A program made the translations under genes and the position numbers. Of a stretch of DNA of 52,141 nt, positions 8,503 through 16,038 are shown in pieces. The notes under the pieces were generated by a model. That model was given only the letters and a program-made list of their open reading frames with translations, did not search any database and was not told where the DNA came from. The DNA comes from an uncultured Gammaproteobacteria bacterium (GTDB lineage: Bacteria; Patescibacteriota; Patescibacteriia; Veblenbacterales; UBA10138), in the NCBI GenBank assembly GCA_964348825.1, contig CAYGDX010000001.1:36625-88765 (forward strand). Direction: 5' to 3'. Every line of letters begins with the position of its first letter. Positions within the stretch are counted from its first letter, which is position 1.

Positions 8503-11469
8503 TCAATTTAGAGTTTGTAGGCTTTGTTTGAGCCACGGTATCCAACTTCCTGCGGCTAGAAGATGATCGGCTTTAAAACCACTCTCAGTTTTTTGCCAAC
8601 TGGGGTCAAAATCAAGCAGGCGTACCAACGCTTCATGCGGCGGTGGGGTTAAGAATTTGATATTAAATCGCCCTAGTTCACCTTTAATTTGACAAGATAA
8701 TTCTTCTAAACGAATTTTTTCCGCTAGAATTTTAAATTCTAAAGTGGTGAGTAATTGCCTAAGCTCAAAATCAGTTTGGTTATTAATTAATTTTCGACCT
8801 AAAATATCTTCCAAGGTTGGTTCGAGTTCATTTAATTCTCTAACGCGTGATAATTTTTGATAAAGTTGAATACGACCGGCTTCGCTTTCAATAATTTTAG
8901 GATCAAGGCGGCCGTGAAGTGGTAAGCGCAACTTAACTTCGGGAATAGAAGGCAAAGTTAGGCCGGTGCGCGCTTCCTCTACCGCTTGAGCTAGTAGCTC
9001 GCCAAATAAATGTAAGCCCACGGCGGAAATTTCACCGTGCTGTTCATCACCTAAAATAGATCCTGCGCCTCGTAATTCTAAATCACGTAAAGCTAAGGCT
9101 GTGCCACCACCTAAGTTATGAGCATCTTGCAATGCTTCAAGGCGCGCGGTGGCATCCTTTGATAATTTTGGCGGAATTAAAAAGTAAGCATAACCCTGAT
9201 TTTGTCCACGCCCCACTCGACCTTTTAGTTGGTATAAATCAGCCAAACCAAAAAGTTCGGTACCTTCTACAATTAAAGTATTTACATTGGGCAAATCCAA
9301 ACCATTTTCAATAATTGAAGTAGCAATTAAAATTTTTATTTTGCCCGCATCAAAGTCGCGCATAATTTTACCAGTTAAATTAGGCGGTTGTTGGCCGTGA
9401 ATTATACCAAAAGAAGTTTGAGGTAGAAGTTTAGATAATTTATCAGCTGTGGCCTTAATATTTTTTACTCGCGGTACTAAATAATAAATTTGTCCGTCGC
9501 GTTTTAGTTCATTGGTAATAGCTGATTTAATTAAAACTGACTCAGCTTTCATAAATTCGGTAATAACTGGTTGTCGGCCTAAAGGTGCGGTAGCAATAAA
9601 AGATAAATCACGTACTTGGGCGAGACCTAAATTAAGCGTACGTGGAATGGGTGTGGCGGAAAGTGCCAGCACATGTAGCTCGGGGCGCATTTTTTTGAAT
9701 TGTTCTTTTTGTTTGACGCCAAATTTTTGTTCTTCATCGATTATTACTAAGCCCAATTTTTTCCATTTAATATTTTTACTAAGTAAGGCATGCGTGCCAA
9801 TAGCAATATCAATTTCGCCTGACTTCAATTTTTGCAAATTATTTTTAGTATCAGTTGAATTTACGGCGCGGGAAAAAAGCGCCATATTTACACCTAAAGT
9901 AGCTAAACGGTTATTAAAAGTATCAAAGTGTTGTTGGGCGAGAATAGTGGTCGGGGAAAGGACTGCTACTTGGTAGCCATTTAGTACGGCGGAATATGCG
10001 GTACGAATTGCCACTTCAGTTTTGCCAAAACCCACATCACCACAAACTAATCGATCCATTGGACGAGTGCCTTCTAAATCATTTTTAATTTCTGACCAAA
10101 CTTTAAGTTGATCAGGTGTAAGTGCCCAAGGAAAAGTTGAAGCCAGCAGCTCTTCTTCGGGGAATGATTGATAAGGTGTAGTTTTAGCCAGTTCACGCGC
10201 GGCGTAAGTTTGCAGTAATTCTTGAGCGATAAGTAGTGTGGCGGTTTTAACTTTTTGAGTTACTTTGTACCAATTCCCGGCGTGCAGGCGTTCTAATTTA
10301 GGGTGTGGGTTACCCAAATATTTACTTAACCTATCAGTATGTTCAGTGGGTACAAATAATTTATCGCCCCCCGCATATTCCAATTCCAAATAATCACGCA
10401 CTATGCCATCAATAGTTTGTTCAGTTAATCCTCGACACAAACCAATACCATGATCAATATGAACCAAAAAATCATTAGGTTTGATTAAATCAAATGATGC
10501 GAGTGTGCGGTTTACGTTACGTGGTTTTAAGCCAACTAATTCACGGTCAGTTAAAAAAATAATTTGTGTTTTTAAATCATGTAAACCAACTAAATCATAA
10601 ATTAAATCGTCGTTTACTTCGTAAATATCAGGTTCAAAATTAAGTCCGATTAGGCGTCGCTTGGTTTCGTTGGTATTCGCGGTTAATAATTTAGTTATAA
10701 CTTGATTTTTATGGTTGGTATTTAAAAATTCTTTAATTTTTTCCCATTGTCCGCCGAATAGTGGCACACTATTAAACAAAGAGGAAGTTTGAAGTAGGTC
10801 GGTTACGTAAATGTGTTTGCCTGTAGAGTAGTCGGTTTGCGCGTTTATATAAACATTATCGCTTGACACATATTGTTTTAAAGTTAAATTAGGTTGAGCA
10901 GGTAAGCGGGTAGGTAAAATATTGAGTTCAGTTAATTCGTTTTGTATAGCGCCGGTATGTGAGTTAAGTTGCCATATTTTTTCTAAATTTTTACTACCAA
11001 ATTGTAGGCGATAAATTTTTTCGGCGGCTATAGTTATTAAACCACCGGTTTTTTGAAACCAACCGGCGCGATCGGGTAGTGGGCCGGGCTCAAAGCCAGC
11101 CGCCACTAATTGTCGAAGTGTAAGTTCCGGATTTATAGTTTGATTTAGTTTAAGATTAATATTTGCGACTGAGAATTGTTTAAGAGAAGGTAGTGCTAAA
11201 TTTAAATATTCCTTAGGAATAATTAGCAGATATTTTTTGTTGTTTAAAAGAGCTTCATACCAAATTGATAAGTCATCCGGAAAATTTAAAATTGGTAGTG
11301 GTGTAATATTTAAAATTTTTGACCAGCCCTCATAAAGTCGTTGGGCTTTACTTAATTCAAGATGGCTATCCAAAAACCACCAAATAGGATTAGTTGCCGG
11401 ATTGGTTAAATTTGTCGCAAGGTAAGCTTGGGTGGAAAGGCTTGGGGGGATAGTAATTGGTTTAGGCAT
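8503..11469 (-). CDS. mfd: transcription-repair coupling factor Mfd (divergent N-terminus)
   Basis: CarD-like VHIDHGIG...YLELEYAGGDKLFVP, MDRLVCGDVGFGKTEVA, IIDEEQKFGV, LSATPIPRTL, QLKGRVGRG, DLELRGAG, TRCF C-terminus. Confidence 0.95.
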   Translation of the reverse strand: MPKPITIPPSLSTQAYLATNLTNPATNPIWWFLDSHLELSKAQRLYEGWSKILNITPLPILNFPDDLSIWYEALLNNKKYLLIIPKEYLNLALPSLKQFSVANINLKLNQTINPELTLRQLVAAGFEPGPLPDRAGWFQKTGGLITIAAEKIYRLQFGSKNLEKIWQLNSHTGAIQNELTELNILPTRLPAQPNLTLKQYVSSDNVYINAQTDYSTGKHIYVTDLLQTSSLFNSVPLFGGQWEKIKEFLNTNHKNQVITKLLTANTNETKRRLIGLNFEPDIYEVNDDLIYDLVGLHDLKTQIIFLTDRELVGLKPRNVNRTLASFDLIKPNDFLVHIDHGIGLCRGLTEQTIDGIVRDYLELEYAGGDKLFVPTEHTDRLSKYLGNPHPKLERLHAGNWYKVTQKVKTATLLIAQELLQTYAARELAKTTPYQSFPEEELLASTFPWALTPDQLKVWSEIKNDLEGTRPMDRLVCGDVGFGKTEVAIRTAYSAVLNGYQVAVLSPTTILAQQHFDTFNNRLATLGVNMALFSRAVNSTDTKNNLQKLKSGEIDIAIGTHALLSKNIKWKKLGLVIIDEEQKFGVKQKEQFKKMRPELHVLALSATPIPRTLNLGLAQVRDLSFIATAPLGRQPVITEFMKAESVLIKSAITNELKRDGQIYYLVPRVKNIKATADKLSKLLPQTSFGIIHGQQPPNLTGKIMRDFDAGKIKILIATSIIENGLDLPNVNTLIVEGTELFGLADLYQLKGRVGRGQNQGYAYFLIPPKLSKDATARLEALQDAHNLGGGTALALRDLELRGAGSILGDEQHGEISAVGLHLFGELLAQAVEEARTGLTLPSIPEVKLRLPLHGRLDPKIIESEAGRIQLYQKLSRVRELNELEPTLEDILGRKLINNQTDFELRQLLTTLEFKILAEKIRLEELSCQIKGELGRFNIKFLTPPPHEALVRLLDFDPSWQKTESGFKADHLLAAGSWIPWLKQSLQTLN

Positions 11470-11541
11470 GATGGTTTGATAAGAGGGAAGAGTAAGAGTT
11501 GAAAGTTTAGGGTGTAGGGGTTAGCGTGTAGGGTGTATTTT

Positions 11542-11585
11542 GTCATTGCGAGCGAGTCCTAAAGGACGAAGCGAAGCAATCCCTC
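11542..11585 (+). repeat. REP-like palindrome family 1 (gtcattgcgag...gaagcaatc); other copies at 12050-12096, 15993-16033 (-), 22447-22483, 34806-34849, 38922-38969, 44620-44663 and a degenerate copy near 19120-19146
   Basis: Conserved ends GTCATTGCGA / GA(A/T)GCAATC with a variable middle in at least 7 intergenic regions. Confidence 0.85.
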
Positions 11586-11690
11586 AAAATTTACAATGAT
11601 CAATTTACAATTTTCAATAAATGATTCAATTATCAATTTTCAAATATTTTATTTTAATCATTGGGTCATTGAAAATTTATTGGAAATTGG

Positions 11691-11710
11691 CCTGCCTGCC
11701 GGTAGGCAGG
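11691..11710. repeat. 20-bp imperfect palindrome cctgcctgccggtaggcagg (identical copy at 46374-46393)
   Basis: Two identical copies, each interrupting another repeat. Confidence 0.9.
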
Positions 11711-11794
11711 GATTTGGAAATTGGAAATTAGGCGATTTTGGGTTTAAACACTTTAATTATTTTTTTTGTTGAATATTATTAAAAATATTTACCC

Positions 11795-11823
11795 TTGACT
11801 TAAACGTTATACGGTGCTAAACT
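11795..11823 (+). promoter_or_regulatory. sigma70-type promoter pointing into the mfd-pth intergenic region, with no downstream ORF
   Basis: TTGACT (11795-11800), 17 bp spacer, TGcTAAACT extended -10 (11815-11823). Confidence 0.55.
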
Positions 11824-11828
11824 GTTGC

Positions 11829-12025
11829 TACCAAAATCGATTGGAAAATCATTTAGAAATAGTAAAAAACAGCGATTTTGGTAAACCGCACTCCAACAAT
11901 TTTACGCTTTGGTCTATTTGCCAGCGATGTGCTTGCGACCCCTCCTAAAGTAAGCGCCTCTGCAAAGGAAAATATATTCGTCCATGAATATATTAGCCGC
12001 TGGTAAGTAGACCTAAGGGCACAAT
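11829..12025 (+). ncRNA. candidate structured ncRNA, family not recognised
   Basis: 11-bp stem 11829-11839/11873-11883; 16-bp stem 11911-11926/11998-12013 whose two non-WC pairs are G-U on the + strand; it encloses further hairpins; upstream promoter. Confidence 0.45.
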
Positions 12026-12194
12026 TTATTTTTATGAAGCATGGTGGTTGTCATTGCGAGGAATGGAGCTGAAGCGGAATGACGAAGCAATCTCTCAAAA
12101 ATCCTAAATCCTAATATCTAAATCCTAAATAATTTCCAAACCCCAAATCCCAAAATTTAGTCATTAGACATTTTTAGTAATTAGGAATTAGAGA

Positions 12195-12734
12195 TTAGAA
12201 ATTTTTAAATTTATTTTCTATTAAACTTACCGCTTCTTCTACCATCTTATTTGCTACCCCAACCTCCTCATCGTTGAACTTCTGCAACACATAATCTTCT
12301 ACCGGAATGTTGTCGGTAGGTCTACCAATACCTAGTCGTACGCGATTAAATTCTTTAGTATCAAGTTCGTCAATTATACTTTGTACACCATTGTGTCCGG
12401 CTGAGGAAGCGTTAAAATCAAATTTAATTCGGTCCAAGTTTAAATCTAAATCATCATGCACTACCCAAATATCAGCTGGTGCCATTTTAAAATAATCCAT
12501 TTCTTCTTTCGCGCTTAATCCAGAATTGTTCATAAAAGTTTGAGGTTTCACTAAGCGGATTTTTTCTCCATTCAAACTTATTTCACAAACTAAAGAATTG
12601 ACACTGACGCCTTTAGTCCACGCAGTGTCAGGCGATAGTTTATTTACCAAAGCATCCACCACCACAAAACCTAAATTGTGGCGAGTGTTTTGATATTTAG
12701 TACCTGGATTACCTAAGCCGATGATGAGTTTCAT
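12195..12734 (-). CDS. pth: peptidyl-tRNA hydrolase
   Basis: IIGLGNPG, TRHNLGF, KPQTFMNNSG, VVHDDLDL, GHNGVQSI, RVRLGIGRP. Confidence 0.98.
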   Translation of the reverse strand: MKLIIGLGNPGTKYQNTRHNLGFVVVDALVNKLSPDTAWTKGVSVNSLVCEISLNGEKIRLVKPQTFMNNSGLSAKEEMDYFKMAPADIWVVHDDLDLNLDRIKFDFNASSAGHNGVQSIIDELDTKEFNRVRLGIGRPTDNIPVEDYVLQKFNDEEVGVANKMVEEAVSLIENKFKNF

Positions 12735-12801
12735 TGATTTTGGTTAGTGAGTAGTAAGTAGGGAGTAGTAAGTAGTTTTAATCTAGCAAAATTTACTGTC
12801 C

Positions 12802-12830
12802 TTGACAAAGTGTTATAATAGGCGTATATT
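12802..12830 (+). promoter_or_regulatory. sigma70-type promoter of the DGR target gene
   Basis: TTGACA (12802-12807), 17 bp spacer, TATATT (12825-12830); followed by boxA-like TGTTCTTTAA and the hairpin tcatccgcc/ggcggatga. Confidence 0.65.
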
Positions 12831-13039
12831 AAAGTGTTCTTTAAAAATGATTGTTTTTGCAATCATCCGCCGATTTGGCGGATGAAAGCCGAGCTTTCAC
12901 TTTTCCTCATCAATTTGGTTAAATTGAGTCCTTTTTGAATTTATTCAAGTTGGTGGGGATAAGTTAAATTAAGATATAACGTTTGGTTTACGCCTACCAT
13001 AAATCATTATTCTCTCACATTAAAGAAGGGGTGATCACG

Positions 13040-13981
13040 ATGAGCACATCGATGACATCTGTAGAAGAATCCACTGAAGAACAGTGGAAACAAATTAAAC
13101 GCGTGATTGAAGACGCGGTACCAAAAGCGGTAGTTATTGTCCGTAAAAAATTTCCGGTTGATAAGAATGGCGCTCAAACCATCCTTATGAGCGGTGATCA
13201 GATTCAGGACGCGGTTGTTGACGCTATTATTGCCAAGTTCAAAGAACTGACGATAACGGATCAATATGCCGATGAAGTTGCTGAATCGCAGTACACCTAT
13301 CCTCCGGAGTATTCTTTGAAGTCGCTTCCGCAGCAGATCGAAGTTTTACTGAAGCATTTCCCGGATCTCAAGGTTGAGAAAACCCTCGAATTTATTGACA
13401 AGGTTTTACCAACACTGAAACTCCCCGATGGTGCCGAAGGATGCTTTGCCATACCGAGTTGGGAAAAAATCGCTCCCACATACCATGCAGCAGTTCAGCG
13501 CATTCTCAGCGTTCTCGCCTCCGCGAGAAAGTTTCACAATTATCGTGAAAATCAGCTTGACGAAAAGCATCTCCGGCAACACGCTCGTACGATCGCATAC
13601 CTCGCAAAATTGGCGGAAGGACAGAATGGAGACATTCTCATCATTCCGGCTCAATTTGGTATGAAACATCGCGGTGAATCTACCCGTCGGGCACGCGAGA
13701 CATTCCGGTTTGACGAATTCGGATTTGGTTGGTTTGCGGTAGGCTGTATGTACCTGACTCATCCTGATCGTGCTGTGCGGTTTGAAGAGCTGGACACGGA
13801 TTGTCCTGGAGATGAATTCTCTGATGAGGCTGTTGGCGATTTCTCGAGCGCGCCGCGCTTCGTCTTCCACTCTGGTCAGCTCAAGACTGGTTCGCTCGAC
13901 GTTAGTATTGCCTATGACGGCTATGGTTCGGTTTCCGGCTTCCTCCCGCAGTATCCGTCACTTGAAGCTTCGAATATTTGA
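13040..13981 (+). CDS. DGR target (variable) protein, probable C-type-lectin-like C-terminal domain
   Basis: ATG 13040 after GAAGGGGTG; the 3' region 13820-13951 is an adenine-mutated copy of the TR; ends ...YGSVSGFLPQ plus a short tail; fold is inferred only. Confidence 0.9.
   Translation: MSTSMTSVEESTEEQWKQIKRVIEDAVPKAVVIVRKKFPVDKNGAQTILMSGDQIQDAVVDAIIAKFKELTITDQYADEVAESQYTYPPEYSLKSLPQQIEVLLKHFPDLKVEKTLEFIDKVLPTLKLPDGAEGCFAIPSWEKIAPTYHAAVQRILSVLASARKFHNYRENQLDEKHLRQHARTIAYLAKLAEGQNGDILIIPAQFGMKHRGESTRRARETFRFDEFGFGWFAVGCMYLTHPDRAVRFEELDTDCPGDEFSDEAVGDFSSAPRFVFHSGQLKTGSLDVSIAYDGYGSVSGFLPQYPSLEASNI
13820..13951 (+). repeat. DGR variable region (VR)
   Basis: 132-nt ungapped match to 14351-14482 with 17 mismatches, all opposite TR adenines. 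Confidence 0.97.
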
Positions 13982-14022
13982 ATCTTTTGTAATTTTTGAT
14001 TCTTGCGTTCGGGCGAAAAAAT

Positions 14023-14068
14023 AAAGGTTATCCACAATATCGTTTCTCGGATAACCTTTTTTATTTTT
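14023..14068 (+). terminator. hairpin/terminator downstream of the DGR target gene
   Basis: aaaggttatcc/ggataaccttt 11-bp stem followed by a T-rich run. Confidence 0.65.
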
Positions 14069-14093
14069 ACAAAAAAGTTATAGTTGCTATACT
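14066..14093 (+). promoter_or_regulatory. putative promoter for the TR-containing RNA
   Basis: TTTACA (14066-14071), 16 bp spacer, TGcTATACT extended -10 (14085-14093). Confidence 0.5.
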
Positions 14094-14350
14094 AATAATG
14101 AGCCTGGCTCATGCACAATGGTTCACGGATCGTTGTCGCCTCGCTTACTCTTCAAAGAGTAACCAGAGTCTTGCAAATCAAGGTTTGCGAGAGCGTGTTA
14201 TGTTGAAGGGGATACTGCTTGCTTTTACCTATGATAGGTTTTGCCCAAGGCAGATGCTGTAAAATAAAATACAGGGCAGAGAATTTCGTCTCCGGCCAAT
14301 TAACGGATGACGGCTCAATGTCCGGTGAGTAAGGGTGGGTAAAAGCAAAT

Positions 14351-14482
14351 TCTGATGAGGCTGATGGCGATTTCTCGAACGCGCCGAACTTCAACTTCAA
14401 CAATGGTCAGCTCAAGACTGGTACGAACGACGTTAGTAATGCCAATGACAACTATGGTTCGGTTTCCGGCTTCCTCCCGAAG
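14351..14482 (+). ncRNA. DGR template region (TR)
   Basis: In the VR frame it has 9 AAY codons and 33 adenines, none at third codon positions; in-frame stop at 14330 and no start, so non-coding in that frame. Confidence 0.95.
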
Positions 14483-14512
14483 TCTCCCTTCATATAGCAA
14501 ATGCCCACGAAA

Positions 14513-14905
14513 TTATATCGGGGCATTTGTTTTTCTAAAAGCATTTAACCAACCACCAATCATTTTACCCATTTCTTGTAGTCGAGTTTGCAGTAAAAGG
14601 TATTTTTTATCATCTATGGCTCGTACTTCGTGAGTTAATCTAATAAGGATTTTAAGTAGTTGTATTTTAGAATCAATATCCTCTAAATATATTACACGAT
14701 TGGTTTTGGGGGAATAGGAAGCTTTTTGAATTATTTCTAGTAAATCAAGAATTAAGTTTTCTATTCTTTCACCTAAAGTGTATTTTTCAGTTTTAGGAAA
14801 TAGTTTTATATACTGATGAAAAAGTTTATATAATTGATATGTAATATGAAACAAGGGCACATCATTTTTTCCGTTGGGGGGGGGGGTTGTTAGTGGCAAT
14901 AACAT
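14513..14905 (-). CDS. avd: DGR accessory variability determinant (Avd/bAvd four-helix-bundle family)
   Basis: FPKTEKYTLGERIEN...LKILIRL...LQEMGKMIGGWL, a bAvd-type pattern; 130 aa, basic; lies between TR and RT. Confidence 0.88.
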   Translation of the reverse strand: MLLPLTTPPPNGKNDVPLFHITYQLYKLFHQYIKLFPKTEKYTLGERIENLILDLLEIIQKASYSPKTNRVIYLEDIDSKIQLLKILIRLTHEVRAIDDKKYLLLQTRLQEMGKMIGGWLNAFRKTNAPI

Positions 14906-15920
14906 TAACCATAATTTGTTTGAGCAAATAGTTAGTCTAGAAAATTTATTACTATCTTGGCGAGAGTTCAGGCGAGGTAAGAGAAGTAAACCAGACGTTC
15001 AGTTGTTTGAGTTTAACTTAGAGGATAATCTTTGGCAAATTCACCGCGAATTAACAGCTGATTTATACGTAAATGATCCTTACACTTCTTTTTATATTGC
15101 CGATCCAAAACCGCGACACATTCATAAAGCCAGTGTGCGGGATAGAGTAGTACATCAGGCGATTTTTAGAGTATTGTATTCAGTTTTTGATCCAAGTTTT
15201 ATTCACGATTCGTATTCTTGTCGGGTAGACAAAGGCACACATCGAGCCGTGCTACGACTTAATCATTTTTTAAATCAAGTAAGTTATAATAATACACAGC
15301 TAACCTATGCTTTAAAATGCGATATTAAAAAGTTTTTTGACTCCATTGATCAAACTACTTTACTTAAACTATTAAAAAAGAAAATAGGTGATGCCAGATT
15401 GTTTAGTTTGGTAAATAAAATAATAAGTAGTTTTGAGGTGGATAGCGGTAAGGGGTTGCCACTCGGCAATGTGACCAGTCAACTTTTTTCTAATGTGTAT
15501 TTAAATGAATTAGATCAGTTTGTAAAGCACAAATTTAAAATAAAACACTACCTAAGGTACTGCGATGATTTTGTAATAGTTTCCAGCAGTCAGGAGTATT
15601 TGGGAAGTTTGATTCCTAAGCTAGCAGGGTTTTTAGGTGAGAAACTTCAGCTTAAATTACACGAACGAAAAATTATTATTCGTAAATTTAATCAAGGTGT
15701 GGATTTTTTGGGCTATGTTGTTTTACCGCACTACCGAGTACTGCGCACTAAAACTAAACGACGAATGATTAGAAAGTTACAAAGTTGTATGATTGAGTTT
15801 AAAACAGGTAGGACTACGGCTGTGAGTGTTGAACAATCGTTCCAATCTTATTTAGGAATACTGAAACATTGCCAAGGTTATAAAATTGAACAAAAGATAT
15901 TGGAATTGGGGAAATTGTGA
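14874..15920 (+). CDS. DGR reverse transcriptase (start codon uncertain)
   Basis: KPRHI, VRDRVVHQA, SYSCRVDKGTH, LKCDIKKFFDSI, GLPLGNVTSQLF (DGR-type SQ), YLRYCDDFV, GVDFLGY; no maturase-X or HNH extension. Confidence 0.95.
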   Translation: MGGGVVSGNNINHNLFEQIVSLENLLLSWREFRRGKRSKPDVQLFEFNLEDNLWQIHRELTADLYVNDPYTSFYIADPKPRHIHKASVRDRVVHQAIFRVLYSVFDPSFIHDSYSCRVDKGTHRAVLRLNHFLNQVSYNNTQLTYALKCDIKKFFDSIDQTTLLKLLKKKIGDARLFSLVNKIISSFEVDSGKGLPLGNVTSQLFSNVYLNELDQFVKHKFKIKHYLRYCDDFVIVSSSQEYLGSLIPKLAGFLGEKLQLKLHERKIIIRKFNQGVDFLGYVVLPHYRVLRTKTKRRMIRKLQSCMIEFKTGRTTAVSVEQSFQSYLGILKHCQGYKIEQKILELGKL

Positions 15921-16038
15921 ATTGTTTGTCTTGGTTTCCGCTTCATATATTCGTAAAGGATTTGACGGATAAGGCGTCGGGATGAAAATTGTGAGAGATT
16001 GCCACGTCGGCCTGATGACCTCCTCGCAATGACATTTG

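Larger units (their letters stand above)
12983..15920 (+). mobile_element. diversity-generating retroelement cassette (target-TR-avd-RT)
   Basis: All four DGR components within 3 kb, inserted between pth and der. Confidence 0.95.

Noticed and set aside
14028..14036. Perfect DnaA box TTATCCACA in the hairpin downstream of the DGR target
   Set aside because: Single isolated 9-mer overlapping a terminator stem; a chance occurrence cannot be excluded
13770..14633. ORFs 13770-14024, 13996-14262, 14152-14403, 14315-14500 and 14355-14633 as genes
   Set aside because: Alternative-frame shadows of the VR, TR and avd; their mutual similarity only reflects the TR/VR repeat
14874..15920. RT as a group II intron, retron or CRISPR-associated RT
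   Set aside because: Short RT with SQ motif, no maturase or endonuclease extension, and an adjacent Avd plus an adenine-specific TR/VR pair identify a DGR
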